Shown here piece after piece: positions 1 to 11,437 of a DNA stretch of 64,000 nucleotides. The stretch covers positions 128,001-192,000 of the forward strand of contig CBDAOC010000017.1 of assembly GCA_965197925.1 (NCBI GenBank), written 5' to 3'. Source of the stretch: Nitrososphaerales archaeon. GTDB taxonomy: Archaea > Thermoproteota > Nitrososphaeria > Nitrososphaerales > UBA213. The first letter of the stretch is position 1. Each line of letters begins with the position of its first letter. Below the pieces are notes generated by a model. The model was not told the origin of the DNA, ran no database searches, and worked only from the letters and a program-made list of their open reading frames with translations. Both the position numbers and the translations under genes were made by a program.

Positions 1-78
1 TAGAAAGAGTGCTGAAAGTAATGTTATAGAGGACAAGTAAAGTACTAGATTTGGATTTGTAATAAAAGGAAAGATGAT

Positions 79-828
79 TTATCCTTCAGCTGGAACTAGT
101 TTCGGTTCCATCTTTCCCTTTTTTGAAAAACCCATCATATAGCCTCTAAGTAACTGTATACCCAATGCTGGATCCACCCCTTTAGGACATACTTTGCTAC
201 ATGAACCTGCAAAATGGCATCGCCATATACCGTGTCGATTGTCAATGATCTTTATTCTTTCATCCGCAGCTTGATCCCTGTTATCAGCAAAATATCTGTA
301 CATCTGAGCTAGCGCCTGTGGGCCTGGAAATTTTTTATCTGTAGCAACGACTGGGCATGCAGAATTGCAGAGACCACATTTAATACAATAGGAAAATTGC
401 ATAAACTTATCCAATTCTTCAGGGCTCTGCAAAAACTCCTTAGTTTTCTTATCTGTCTTAATATCGTTTAGAATGTAGGGCTTCATATCTTTGTGTTTCC
501 TCAAGAAGGTATCAAAATCAGGAACTAGATCGCGTATGATTGGAAAGTTCGCTAATGGTTTGCATGTAATAACGTCTGTATCAAGCTCGTTTATTTTTGT
601 GTGGCAAGCCAACCTAGGGATCCTATTGATCATCATTCCACAGGAACCACATGAAGCCATTCTACAAGAATAACGTATCGCAATCGAGTGATCCATATTA
701 GCTTTAGTATGTAATAACACATCAAGAACCGTCGACCAGCGCTCTACAGGTACTTCAAATTCATCATAATAAGAAGAATCCTTACCAGGTATATGCCTGT
801 ATACCTTTAATTTTATTTTTTTGGCCAT
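79..828 (-). CDS. sdhB: Succinate dehydrogenase iron-sulfur subunit
   Basis: SCRMASCGSC 2Fe-2S motif plus CIKCGLCNSAC and CHFAGSCSKVCP; last gene of the sdh operon; start taken at ATG 828 (MAKKIK). Confidence 0.95.
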   Translation of the reverse strand: MAKKIKLKVYRHIPGKDSSYYDEFEVPVERWSTVLDVLLHTKANMDHSIAIRYSCRMASCGSCGMMINRIPRLACHTKINELDTDVITCKPLANFPIIRDLVPDFDTFLRKHKDMKPYILNDIKTDKKTKEFLQSPEELDKFMQFSYCIKCGLCNSACPVVATDKKFPGPQALAQMYRYFADNRDQAADERIKIIDNRHGIWRCHFAGSCSKVCPKGVDPALGIQLLRGYMMGFSKKGKMEPKLVPAEG

Positions 829-829
829 T

Positions 830-1177
830 TTACAAAGCACCAGCCATTCCAGCTATTACTATAGTTCTGCTACCGTACGCAATAAGTCCTATGGCAGATA
901 CAGCACATGCCCAACTTACGCCTTTCTCCCAGTGGTGGCCCTGCCTCAATTCAATGAGTATTATTCGCAAGCCGTTGAAACCGTGGATTGAAACAGTGAC
1001 AAGTATTAATTCAAGTACGATAGCGTATGGTAAATTCTGATAATTTAAAATTACGTTTTCATACTCCAAACTCATCCCGTATGGAACTATCAATCTAAAC
1101 GATATATGTATGCCAACTAACACAATAGCAGCAAGGCCGGTTATGTAGTGAATATTCATTATTTGACTTTCCCTCAT
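830..1177 (-). CDS. sdhD: Succinate dehydrogenase membrane anchor subunit
   Basis: Hydrophobic helices with HGFNGLR heme-ligand motif; ATG at 1177 (MRESQ) lies 2 nt after the sdhC stop. Confidence 0.85.
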   Translation of the reverse strand: MRESQIMNIHYITGLAAIVLVGIHISFRLIVPYGMSLEYENVILNYQNLPYAIVLELILVTVSIHGFNGLRIILIELRQGHHWEKGVSWACAVSAIGLIAYGSRTIVIAGMAGAL

Positions 1178-1179
1178 TT

Positions 1180-1611
1180 CTATTCCCCTAATAATACAGT
1201 TGCACCATACATCATCGCAAGAGCCGCGAGAGCCATTGACACCCATAAACACGCACGCATCTTCATGCTTAATGAAGTAGGCCTGTACGGATAATCCGGT
1301 CTACCAGGAGCACCTATCCCCTTTCCCCCATGAGCAAGATATAGTCTAACGCCATTAGCTGCATGGAACACTGACATCCCTATTACAAGAATAAGTATCA
1401 AATGTCCCCCTGTGGTTTGCGTCATTTGGAGCATTTGATCCCAAGCAAACTTGCCCTGAGTTAGGGAACTGGTCTCTATTATGTGTGCTATGAAATAGGC
1501 CAGTAATCCAACACCTGTTAATCTCTGAAGCCAATACGAAATTCGTGGCCAACCATACCGTGTAGGGTTCAACCATCCCCTTACACCTTCCCTGTTTTCC
1601 TCTCTAACCAA
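1180..1611 (-). CDS. sdhC: Succinate dehydrogenase cytochrome b subunit
   Basis: QRLTG and HAANGVR motifs, three TM segments, lies between sdhA and sdhD. Confidence 0.88.
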   Translation of the reverse strand: MVREENREGVRGWLNPTRYGWPRISYWLQRLTGVGLLAYFIAHIIETSSLTQGKFAWDQMLQMTQTTGGHLILILVIGMSVFHAANGVRLYLAHGGKGIGAPGRPDYPYRPTSLSMKMRACLWVSMALAALAMMYGATVLLGE

Positions 1612-1622
1612 AATTGACCGCC

Positions 1623-3335
1623 TCAGTAATGTCGTTCAGCTGGTTTATATCTTGTAACAGTAACTGGAAGGTATTCAATCTTCGGCTCCTGCCCAGTAAA
1701 ATAGGCTAATGTATGCTTTAAGAAATTTACATCATCCCTTGTAGGATAATCCATCCGTGCATGCGCCCCTCTTGATTCCAGCCTATAATAAGCCCCCAAG
1801 AGTACAACCTCACTGGTTCTAAGCATGGAATCTAACTCCATCACATTGGTGAAGTTAGTATTGTATTCCTTTGCTTTGTCGTCAACATGCTTCCATGCTC
1901 GTTCTTGTAATTCCCTCACCTTCTTGATACCATCTGCCAAATCTTTCTCTGTTCTGAATACATATGCTTTCTCATCCATCATGTCTGTAAGTTCCTTCTT
2001 GATTTGATAAGGGTTTTCTTCTCCCCTTCCATGAAACACACCATCGTAGATCCTTTTCTCCTCCATAGCTACCATATCATTTGGTATTTTTCCAAATCCA
2101 TTTTCTAAAGCATGTTTAGCTGCAAACTCTCCAGTGTATTTCCCCCAAACCAAGCATTCTGCAGTTGAATTTGCCCCTAATCTGTTTGCTCCGTTTATAC
2201 TAACACAAGCAGCTTCTCCAGCTGCCCATAATCCCCGCATCTTAGAGGCGCCATCAATATTGACATGTATGCCTCCCATCATATAGTGACAAACCGGTCT
2301 GACGGGTATGGGTTCGTCAATTGGATCCAAATCAGAATACTTCATAGTGATCTCTCTTATTCCTGCCAATCGCTCCTTGATGATTTCGTCACCCAGATGA
2401 TGCAGATCAAGAAGTAGATGGTTCATTCCCGTTCCCGTGTCTGTAAATCCCCTACCCTCAAGTATTTCCCGAATCATTCCCCTAGAAACAACATCTCTTG
2501 AAGCTAGCTCCAACTTATCAGGCGCATACTTTTTCATGAATCGTTCTCCATCTTTGTTGATCAAAAATCCACCCTCTCCTCTGGCTGCCTCGGTTATCAG
2601 TATACCTGAGGGGAGTATACCAGTTGGGTGGAATTGGACAAACTCCATATCCTTTAATGCTAGACCAGCACGGTATGCCATGTCAATACCGTCTGGAGTT
2701 GATGTGAGTCCATAAGTTGCAAAGGAATAAATTCTTCCAGCACCACCAGATGCTATTATACAGGACTTTGCCTTGAAGAGCTTAAAATTTCCACTTTTAA
2801 TTTCTATTGCGGTCAAGCCTCTAAATTGATTGACATCATAAACTATAGATGTTACAAACCATTCATTGTAGAAATGTATGTTATCATATTTTAATGCAGT
2901 GTCATAAAGTGTTTGCATTTGGTAAAATCCTACCTTATCTTGTGCAAATGATGCTCTTGGAAAGCTATAACCACCGAATGCCCTCTGTGCAATTCTTCCA
3001 TCATCCCTTCTTGACCAGGGCATGCCCCAGTGTTCTAGCCGATAAATTTCATCCGGAATAGTGTGGACCAGTCGTTCAACGGTGTCTTGGTCTGCTAGGA
3101 AATCACTTCCCTTTACAGTATCATAAATGTGAGATTCGAAATTATCACCATCCTCTGGAAATAAAACTGCAGCAGTACCACCCTCGGCAGATACTGAATG
3201 TGAACGCATTACTTGTACTTTCGATACCAAGGCTATGCTTAACTTTTCACTCGTAATCGCAGCTTCGATTGCAGCTCGAAGGCCAGCAAGACCTGAACCA
3301 ACTATAATTACATCATGCTCTATAGTTTCAGACAA
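1623..3335 (-). CDS. sdhA: Succinate dehydrogenase/fumarate reductase flavoprotein subunit
   Basis: GSGLAG FAD motif, RSHSVSAEGG covalent-FAD His, QFHPT, HYMMGG, GANRLGANS, ESRGAH. Confidence 0.97.
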   Translation of the reverse strand: MSETIEHDVIIVGSGLAGLRAAIEAAITSEKLSIALVSKVQVMRSHSVSAEGGTAAVLFPEDGDNFESHIYDTVKGSDFLADQDTVERLVHTIPDEIYRLEHWGMPWSRRDDGRIAQRAFGGYSFPRASFAQDKVGFYQMQTLYDTALKYDNIHFYNEWFVTSIVYDVNQFRGLTAIEIKSGNFKLFKAKSCIIASGGAGRIYSFATYGLTSTPDGIDMAYRAGLALKDMEFVQFHPTGILPSGILITEAARGEGGFLINKDGERFMKKYAPDKLELASRDVVSRGMIREILEGRGFTDTGTGMNHLLLDLHHLGDEIIKERLAGIREITMKYSDLDPIDEPIPVRPVCHYMMGGIHVNIDGASKMRGLWAAGEAACVSINGANRLGANSTAECLVWGKYTGEFAAKHALENGFGKIPNDMVAMEEKRIYDGVFHGRGEENPYQIKKELTDMMDEKAYVFRTEKDLADGIKKVRELQERAWKHVDDKAKEYNTNFTNVMELDSMLRTSEVVLLGAYYRLESRGAHARMDYPTRDDVNFLKHTLAYFTGQEPKIEYLPVTVTRYKPAERHY

Positions 3336-3464
3336 TTCCTTCCATTTACCTAATTATGCTATATTATAATTAATCTATCCTGCTGATACTACCTCATCAC
3401 ATTTCAATTGTGTGAGAGAACCTATTGGGATTGAATGGTATGGACCTTGAGAATATGGAGAAGA

Positions 3465-3499
3465 TTTAAATATATCTCTGGTGATATTGCCTGTGATAT
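3465..3499 (+). promoter_or_regulatory. TATA box (TTTAAATA) with overlapping ATATC-N6-GATAT palindrome, possible PadR autoregulatory operator
   Basis: TTTAAATA 3465-3472, about 30 nt before ATG 3503; ATATC-TCTGGT-GATAT 3472-3487 and a further GATAT half-site at 3495. Confidence 0.45.
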
Positions 3500-3502
3500 A
3501 AA

Positions 3503-4006
3503 ATGAATGCAAGTTGGATACAAAGAGTCGGAAGCTCTGTTCCGAGGGGATTTTCCCGCTTCTATGTCTTGAATCTACTCAAGGAACAACAATTGACTGG
3601 GAAGGAGATCATAGAATCAGCATCAAAGGCAAGTAGTGGAATGTGGAAACCCTCCCCTGGGTTGGTATACCCTTTACTTGGAAGACTGTTGCAGGAAGGT
3701 TTGATTGAGGAAATTGCAAGTGGGAAACACGTGATAACCAACAAAGGACGTGATGTGTTAAATGATCTAAGTTCCATACAAGACGTGATGAAAAAGCAGT
3801 TAGATGTATTGATGAAGATTACCAATGCAGGTAAATTTCTGGCGCTAGATGTTTTGGAAAGGGTGACTTCGATGGGAATTATGTTGACAAACAATCTTGA
3901 CAAGCTGGGAAGGGAAGAAAAAGAAAAATACAAAAAGTTTTTAACAACTGAACTCAAGAAAATAGAAGAAGCAGAAAAAGGTAGAGAAAAGATAAGCGTG
4001 GAATAA
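3503..4006 (+). CDS. PadR family transcriptional regulator
   Basis: WKPSPGLVYPLLGRLLQEGLI wHTH signature; T-run follows the stop. Confidence 0.9.
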   Translation: MNASWIQRVGSSVPRGFSRFYVLNLLKEQQLTGKEIIESASKASSGMWKPSPGLVYPLLGRLLQEGLIEEIASGKHVITNKGRDVLNDLSSIQDVMKKQLDVLMKITNAGKFLALDVLERVTSMGIMLTNNLDKLGREEKEKYKKFLTTELKKIEEAEKGREKISVE

Positions 4007-4059
4007 TCCATTCTTTTTTTGTATATCTTTTTATTTAATTAATGTAACAAGGTTCTTGT

Positions 4060-5013
4060 TTGAGCGATCATTTACTAAAATTACCAGCAGTAAGCGAAGA
4101 GGAAGAGAACATCTGCCTGCCATTAGTAATAAGTGTAATCTCTAGGTATTGGAATGAGGAAATTCCTATCAGTGAAGCTAAGGAGATAGCAAAGATTTAC
4201 CCTAAGATCAGGGGAACAATAATGATGGAGGGTATAGAATTAGCCGAGAAACACGGTCTAAGATCCTACATTTATCATGGCTCGCTCCAAGACCTACAGA
4301 AGCGAATAGACCAAGGACTTCCTCCAATTGTAATTTTACCTGGGATACGAGAGACAGTTCAACATGCCATGGTAATATCTGGATATGACAATAGTACCAA
4401 TAGAGTGTTAACTTACTTTCCCGATCCTGATAAAATGGGCGCTATCAAGTACAATCAATTCAACCAATTATGGAAACAGGACGATAATGTCACGATGATT
4501 ATAGTTCCAACCGATGTCAGTGAAGTAGTAGAAAGGGATAAACTTAGTTTCACACAATCGAACAGATCTTGCTTTATAGCAGAAAAATTACATCTCCAAG
4601 GAAATTATGAAAAAGCCTTAGCAACACTTTTGCTTGCCAAAAATACTGAACCGAGAAATCCTAGAATATGGAATCAGATAGGCGCATTATACAATGAAAG
4701 AAATAATGAAGAAGCGGAAATTTGTTACAGGGAGGCGATAGAACTAAATTCTTGCTTTTACTTGGCATTTAGGGGATTAGGCAATTATTATCTCAAGAAA
4801 AAGGACTTTGCTAGAGCAGAAGAATATTATTCCAAGGCAATAACAATAAATCAGTTTAGGTTTGGTCCCATATACAAAAATCGTGCAATTGTAAGGATTG
4901 AATTGGGCAATAAGGAGGGTGCTGCTACCGATTTTAAAATTTATCTGGACCAATGTAAGAATGTTCCAGATAAAAAAAGCGTGGAAGAGATGATTAAAGA
5001 GCTTTCAACATAG
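4060..5013 (+). CDS. C39-like peptidase domain + TPR repeat protein
   Basis: N-terminal Cys (NICLP) and HAMVISGYD resemble a papain-like C39 domain; C-terminal TPR helices (YREAIELN, YSKAITIN). Confidence 0.75.
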   Translation: MSDHLLKLPAVSEEEENICLPLVISVISRYWNEEIPISEAKEIAKIYPKIRGTIMMEGIELAEKHGLRSYIYHGSLQDLQKRIDQGLPPIVILPGIRETVQHAMVISGYDNSTNRVLTYFPDPDKMGAIKYNQFNQLWKQDDNVTMIIVPTDVSEVVERDKLSFTQSNRSCFIAEKLHLQGNYEKALATLLLAKNTEPRNPRIWNQIGALYNERNNEEAEICYREAIELNSCFYLAFRGLGNYYLKKKDFARAEEYYSKAITINQFRFGPIYKNRAIVRIELGNKEGAATDFKIYLDQCKNVPDKKSVEEMIKELST

Positions 5014-5236
5014 CTTTCAATCATCCATCAATTTGATAATCACTTTAGCACTGAATGAAAAAACTCCCCCTAACATTTCATTGTGAGGTAGTGTAGAGAA
5101 GCGATTTTGTAAGTTTGTATTAATACGTTAGGGGTTATGATTCTAAAAAGTTCGATTACAACTTATTTTAGAAAAATCTCTACTGATTCATATCGAATAA
5201 TATAGATTGAACAAATAAGGATTAATAGGGTTGGAT

Positions 5237-7968
5237 TCAATGTATTGGATTCAATGTATTGGATACTCTGAAGATCGAGAATAGTAATTTTTCAGTATCA
5301 ATAGGTTTATTCACCAGTAATTGCAGTATGTTATATCTTGTAATGATTCCAACTACTTTCCTGTTATTTGTTATATCAACAATAGGAATGAGGTCATAAT
5401 GGTGCAAATTCATCTTCTCTATAACAGAAAATAGATCTTCGTTAGCATTTGATACTATGATTTTTTTGTTCATCATATCCTCTAATTTAGTAGATTTCCA
5501 TTTCTTCTGCGGTATCTTGTTGATCTCCCTTGTTGACACTGCCAAGAAGAATATTTTTATCTCCAGAACGAGGTAAGTTGATTTTGCAATATCCAAATGT
5601 TCCTGAAGGAACTGTGATACAGAAGTATCCTTGTCTACATGTGGTAAAGAAACAGACATCACGTCTTTTGCATTAAGGTCTGCAAACGCAATTCTAACAA
5701 AGTATGGTATTAGGGCTTCAGGCGATTCACCCTTTACTTCTTCCTCACGACCAAGAGCGTGTTGTAAACTGCTCGCTGAAAGGATCATCATCACAAGTGT
5801 TCCAAAGACAAGGAGCGAAAATAATTCATTCTCCAACAATCCCATACTTAGCAATGAAATCATCAATCCAAGATCGACTGCACCTTTAGCCATCACGCCT
5901 TTAGCGACGGTAGATGCAGGTGATAGGCGTGCAACCTTTGCCGCAATAAAGGAGCCTAAATATTTTACACCAATAATAATTATTAAGAAACCTATGATCA
6001 TTATTATAGGGAGTTGGAGGAACGAGGGTATGAAGTACAGACCAATTCCTGCAAAAAAGATAGGGATGAAAATTCCATGCCCTATGCTATGAAGACCTCT
6101 AGAAGTTTCAAAATATTCATCTCGAGGCATTTGCAACATTGCTACGCCTAGAAGCAAAGCACCGATTGCACCATGAATTCCACTAAACTCTGCAAAATAT
6201 GATACTAGAAGCTATCACACCGATTATAATCCCAAAATAGATCTCTTTAACTTTCATGTACTTCCTTACTGCTTGCAGCATACGAGGGAATACATATACC
6301 GCAAAGCTGCCGGCAATACCGAAAAAGATCAGGATCCTTATGAAAAGCCATGCAATATCGTATGCAGCTGGAACAGTTTCTGTTGTACCCATTTGGATCG
6401 TGACGCTGGCAACAATAATTGCTATGAATTCTACGATAGCTGTTACTGTAAATATTTCTAATCCTATTACCGATTTAAGCTTGCCCTTGTCCATCAATAT
6501 CTTTGCAGTAACACCTAGACTTGATGCACCAATTACACTTGCAATGGCAAAGGATTGAACAAAGTCCATTCCTAGATAAAATGAGAATAATGACCCTACT
6601 GTAAACAGTAATAAGAAACCGATTGCAGAAGCAGCAAATAATCTTTTTCTGAGTATGTTAAAGAGTCAGGGTAAATCGACTTTTTCTAGACCAATGAGAA
6701 AGAAGAGAAAGAATATGCCTATGGATATGAATAATTCTATCTCAGCTATTGGTTCTACCCATGAAAGTACAGCAGGACCGATTATTATCCCCGCAAGAAC
6801 ATTACCTAGCAGAGGGGGTTGCTTGATCTTAACCATAATTTCTTCAAATATTTTAGCACTGAGAATGAGTATGACTAAGAGCTTATCCTAAAATTAACAT
6901 CATAGCCTAATTGTTTATACCGAAACAGATCTAGATCTGTTCTCTCTAGCTAAATTTGTGAGAAAATCAAAGAAAAAGAGCATGCCGACCATATGGCATA
7001 TACCAAATGATCTATGGGTAGAGTTCAAACTAGTGTTGCCACCAGAGAAACCAGCAAGAACAGTTGGAAGACCGGCCGTGCCATTTAGAAAAGTATTGAA
7101 TGGAATACTGTATGTATTAAGAACTGGATGCCAGTGGAAGAAGGTGCCGAAAGAATTTGGTTCTGGTTCAACTTGCCATGCAAGATTTCAGGAATGGATT
7201 GGGATAGGAGTATTCAAGAAGGTATGGAAGAGGCTGCTGGAAATATATGATGAATTAAAGAGCATGGGATGGGACTGGCAATCCATGGATAGCGTACCGA
7301 AGGCCCCATTAGGGGGAAAACGACCGGAGCAAATCCAACGGATAGAGGCAAGCTAGGTACCAAACGTCACATGCTGGTTGATAGAAGAGGAGTACCTCTC
7401 TCATCTGTAATTACTGGAGCAAATAAACACGATATGAAATCAGCCTTTCCTACAATAGATAGCATTGTTGTTGATAGACCTAAAATTAAACAGAACATAT
7501 GCATGAATAGGATACGATTTCACTGAGATAGAGTATAGAGTATGAAATATGGAGTTAGGAAGGGGATATGTGGATCACATTCGTCATAAGGGTGAAGTGT
7601 TGAAAAAGAATTTGTACAAAGCAAAAAGATGGGTTGTAGAAAGAACCGCATCTTGGCATAACAGGTTCAGAAAGTTATTGGTAAGGTTCGAGAAGAGAGA
7701 GAATTATCGAGCATTGCAATTTGCTAACTGCCTAATAGTGTACAGAGCGATATATTGGTAGTGTCATAAACACGTTAATGCAACTGTTTCTAGTATCTAT
7801 TATCTACAATACTAATAAAATCAATAGTAAGAAAACTAAACCTGACAGTATGAACTAATATTCTTACATTCTAAATGATATCATTTCTACCAATCGTTAA
7901 CAATCAGATAGAATTTTAGGATAGGCTCTAAGTATAATATTGCCACAACCAATGCCTCAAATTGTCAT
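5237..7968 (-). pseudogene. CPA2-type cation:proton antiporter with C-terminal CBS pair, disrupted
   Basis: Reconstructed reading FEALVVAILYL|VILILSAKIFEE...QPPLLGNVLAGIIIGP is split by the IS at 6879-7928; in-frame TGA at 6666-6668 and frameshift near 6210; CBS motifs (LIPIVD...VVGIITRYNI) in 5237-6157. Confidence 0.85.
6879..7928 (+). mobile_element. IS5-family element, copy 1 (1050 bp, defective transposase)
   Basis: TIRs GAGCTTATCCTAAAATT / AATTTTAGGATAGGCTC; TAA on both flanks; orfA (LRTGCQW) 6958-7356 with slippery GGGGGAAAA; broken orfB (RWVVERT). Confidence 0.95.
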
Positions 7969-8122
7969 ATGTTAATAATATCCTTTTCCAACATCCCATC
8001 ATAAATTTCATTTTGAAAGATCAAAAATTCACCAATATTAAAGTGCTAGTAGATTATAAGACGAACCTTGTTATAGGATCAGAACCCGTTGCAACAATTG
8101 GCTCAACCGTAAAAATATAAAG

Positions 8123-8569
8123 ATGGACTATTATACTTCCTTAATGAATTGTATTTTTTGTTCAATAATAGACAAAAGGAATGAGGCAGCTCATATTTTT
8201 GAAAATAATAAATTTGTTGCTTTCATGGATATATTTCCAATAAATGAAGGTCATTCATTGGTTATGCCAAAAGAACACTACCAGACAATACCTGATATGC
8301 CGATTGAACATACTGGAAAACTTTTCAGTTTATCATCACATCTAGCTAAAGCTGTAGTAATGGCTGTAGGTGCGGATGGCTTCACATTGGGACAAAATAA
8401 TGGTATCGCCGCAAACCAGATCGTGCCACATGTTCATGTGCATATAGTTCCAAGGTTCAATAATGATAGCGATCCGGGAAGATGGCCAGAGAGAAAAAAT
8501 GTATCGATAGAACAACTTAATGACGTAGCTGCAAAGATACGAAAGTACATTGAACCAATATCGCTATAG
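8123..8569 (+). CDS. HIT family nucleotide hydrolase
   Basis: CIFC N-terminus and HVHVH histidine triad; real start may be the ATG at 8144. Confidence 0.93.
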   Translation: MDYYTSLMNCIFCSIIDKRNEAAHIFENNKFVAFMDIFPINEGHSLVMPKEHYQTIPDMPIEHTGKLFSLSSHLAKAVVMAVGADGFTLGQNNGIAANQIVPHVHVHIVPRFNNDSDPGRWPERKNVSIEQLNDVAAKIRKYIEPISL

Positions 8570-8648
8570 TGATGTGGATAGTCTTCATCTTGGTGATTGT
8601 TCATTCGAATTTTTTGATTCTTTCAAAATTCAGGCTTAACTACACTTA

Positions 8649-9698
8649 GAGCTTATCCGAAAATTAACATCATAGCCTAATTGTTTATACCGAAACAGAT
8701 CTAGATCTGTTCTCTCTAGCTAAATTTGTGAGAAAATCAAAGAAAAAGAGCATGCCGACCATATGGCATATACCAAATGATCTATGGGTAGAGTTCAAAC
8801 TAGTGTTGCCACCAGAGAAACCAGCAAGAACAGTTGGAAGACCGGCCGTGCCATTTAGAAAAGTATTGAATGGAATACTGTATGTATTAAGAACTGGATG
8901 CCAGTGGAAGAAGGTGCCGAAAGAATTTGGTTCTGGTTCAACTTGCCATGCAAGATTTCAGGAATGGATTGGGATAGGAGTATTCAAGAAGGTATGGAAG
9001 AGGCTGCTGGAAATATATGATGAATTAAAGAGCATGGGATGGGACTGGCAATCCATGGATAGCGTACCGAAGGCCCCATTAGGGGGAAAACGACCGGAGC
9101 AAATCCAACGGATAGAGGCAAGCTAGGTACCAAACGTCACATGCTGGTTGATAGAAGAGGAGTACCTCTCTCATCTGTAATTACTGGAGCAAATAAACAC
9201 GATATGAAATCAGCCTTTCCTACAATAGATAGCATTGTTGTTGATAGACCTAAAATTAAACAGAACATATGCATGAATAGGATACGATTTCACTGAGATA
9301 GAGTATAGAGTATGAAATATGGAGTTAGGAAGGGGATATGTGGATCACATTCGTCATAAGGGTGAAGTGTTGAAAAAGAATTTGTACAAAGCAAAAAGAT
9401 GGGTTGTAGAAAGAACCGCATCTTGGCATAACAGGTTCAGAAAGTTATTGGTAAGGTTCGAGAAGAGAGAGAATTATCGAGCATTGCAATTTGCTAACTG
9501 CCTAATAGTGTACAGAGCGATATATTGGTAGTGTCATAAACACGTTAATGCAACTGTTTCTAGTATCTATTATCTACAATACTAATAAAATCAATAGTAA
9601 GAAAACTAAACCTGACAGTATGAACTAATATTCTTACATTCTAAATGATATCATTTCTACCAATAGTTAACTATCAGCTAGAATTTTAGGATAGGCTC
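8649..9698 (+). mobile_element. IS5-family element, copy 2 (near-identical to copy 1)
   Basis: Same TIRs; TTA on both flanks (8646-8648 and 9699-9701); translated ORFs identical to copy 1. Confidence 0.95.
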
Positions 9699-10031
9699 TT
9701 AGTTATTTGTCAGTTCTTTTGCAATGGATTCCATGTCGGTGCTAGTAAGACCAACACCTTTATTTGCATCTCTCCTACACACTATTTCACCATTGTCGAA
9801 TGCTATCATAGTTGGTATTGATTCTATCTTGAATAGGTCCCACAAGGAATTTTCATCTTCATTCATTTGTGCACCAATTATTTTATATGGTAATTTATTT
9901 TGATAATTTTCCAATATAGGTTTGAACTTCGTACAAAAAGGACACCAGTCAGCATAAAATAGTACAAGAAACTGACCCTTACTCTCTACGACTTTGGGAA
10001 TAAAATCTTCATGATCTTCTATGGTCTCCAT
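9699..10031 (-). CDS. Thioredoxin family protein
   Basis: FYADWCPFC active site and cis-Pro SIPT; its TAA stop is the IS target duplication. Confidence 0.9.
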   Translation of the reverse strand: METIEDHEDFIPKVVESKGQFLVLFYADWCPFCTKFKPILENYQNKLPYKIIGAQMNEDENSLWDLFKIESIPTMIAFDNGEIVCRRDANKGVGLTSTDMESIAKELTNN

Positions 10032-10125
10032 CGTAATTCTTTCCCTGTGATTATATTTAGAACTTTCGAAAAAATCAAAATGTGAGAATGATCAATAAGA
10101 TTATGTGCTGAAGAATCTGAACCTA

Positions 10126-11373
10126 TCATTGAACTCTATAGCGTAGTATTGCAGCAACCTTACCTAGATTTTCCAGTATTTTACCATCTTCCGTTTTTGA
10201 AGAAATGATTTCAATCTTGGATCCCACTTTAAGAGCAAGTTCTTCAATGTAATCCACTACATCCTGCTCCTTAGAATCAAGATCAAGTGATGAACAACTG
10301 GTGCACGCAGTACCAAGCATTTCTTGTTTAGTCTGTATCAATTTATCTCTATCAACCACTTTCTCAGTCTTTGTTTTACATCTTTTACAAATTATCTCAA
10401 GTCTAACTTTTCTCATATTATCTGCAAGGAGGATCATTTCTGCAGCACCACCTTGGAGGATATTGATAACATCGTAGAGACCATAAGCAACAAGCCCCTT
10501 CTCCGAATGCACTTCTGCAAGCAATCTCTGAACAAGTTTTTTTTCTTCTACCAGCCTATATTCATGCAGGACGTCTTGTGCTCTGTCAATAGCCTCTCTA
10601 ATTCCTTCACTCCCAGCATATGATGAGTCTATTACAACTAGAACTTTATTTTGAAGTCTATAATCAAGATATCCATTCTTAAGAAAATCATCCTTCGTGG
10701 GTCCAGGACCAGAAACTATCAGGGCTTCAATTTTATATTCATCAAGAAAGACCGATTTTGCATGTTCAGCTACCCTTGTAAAGTAATCATTTAATTCCAT
10801 TTCTCTCAACCTTTCGAATCTTCTTTGCGATTGACCACCAGCCCTATGTTTTCCTGCAACACCAGAAGATAAATTATCAATTATTTCCAATCTGTCACCA
10901 AGTAAAATCCCAATACCAGATTCAGTGCTGTCGATGGAAAGTATTCCCACAATCTTTTCCTCCCTCAACATGTCCTTTAGTACCTCCGTATGAAAGTGAT
11001 CATCACATCTGTACAGGAATGTTTGTAGTGGTTTCGGAGGAACAACTTCATGCAGGGTAATAACCTCGCTACCAAAACCATTGGTAGGTAAAGCACCACA
11101 AAATACTACAAGACCATTATCTGGAGTAAAATTATAGAGTTTCAACCGCTGCATTGTTCTTGTCAAGGCATCCAATACATGATTCCTTGTGGTATCTGAC
11201 TTTATGTTTGACGCCGTCCCATATTCTTCCCTTAAAGTAGTTATTACCTCATGTATGGCTTTCCTGGGTGGAATATAAAGGGATACAAGCTCCGTGCCCC
11301 TTCCACTTTTATTTGAAAGCTCTTCAAGAACTCGTTTTATTCTATAAAGATGTACAGAATCCGGCTTTCCCAT
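10126..11373 (-). CDS. prf1: Peptide chain release factor aRF1
   Basis: NIKS, YxCxxxF (YRCDDHF) and GGQ motifs; Zn-ribbon mini-domain. Confidence 0.97.
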   Translation of the reverse strand: MGKPDSVHLYRIKRVLEELSNKSGRGTELVSLYIPPRKAIHEVITTLREEYGTASNIKSDTTRNHVLDALTRTMQRLKLYNFTPDNGLVVFCGALPTNGFGSEVITLHEVVPPKPLQTFLYRCDDHFHTEVLKDMLREEKIVGILSIDSTESGIGILLGDRLEIIDNLSSGVAGKHRAGGQSQRRFERLREMELNDYFTRVAEHAKSVFLDEYKIEALIVSGPGPTKDDFLKNGYLDYRLQNKVLVVIDSSYAGSEGIREAIDRAQDVLHEYRLVEEKKLVQRLLAEVHSEKGLVAYGLYDVINILQGGAAEMILLADNMRKVRLEIICKRCKTKTEKVVDRDKLIQTKQEMLGTACTSCSSLDLDSKEQDVVDYIEELALKVGSKIEIISSKTEDGKILENLGKVAAILRYRVQ

Positions 11374-11437
11374 GCAGTACGCAGATACCAGATCATAATA
11401 TTAAGGTTATATGCAGCTTTGTTGTTTTTCTGTGTAA

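Noticed and set aside
6879..9698. Composite transposon carrying the HIT gene between two direct IS5 copies
   Set aside because: Each copy has its own flanking triplet (TAA/TAA vs TTA/TTA), and the DNA between them includes the start of the interrupted antiporter, so these are independent insertions
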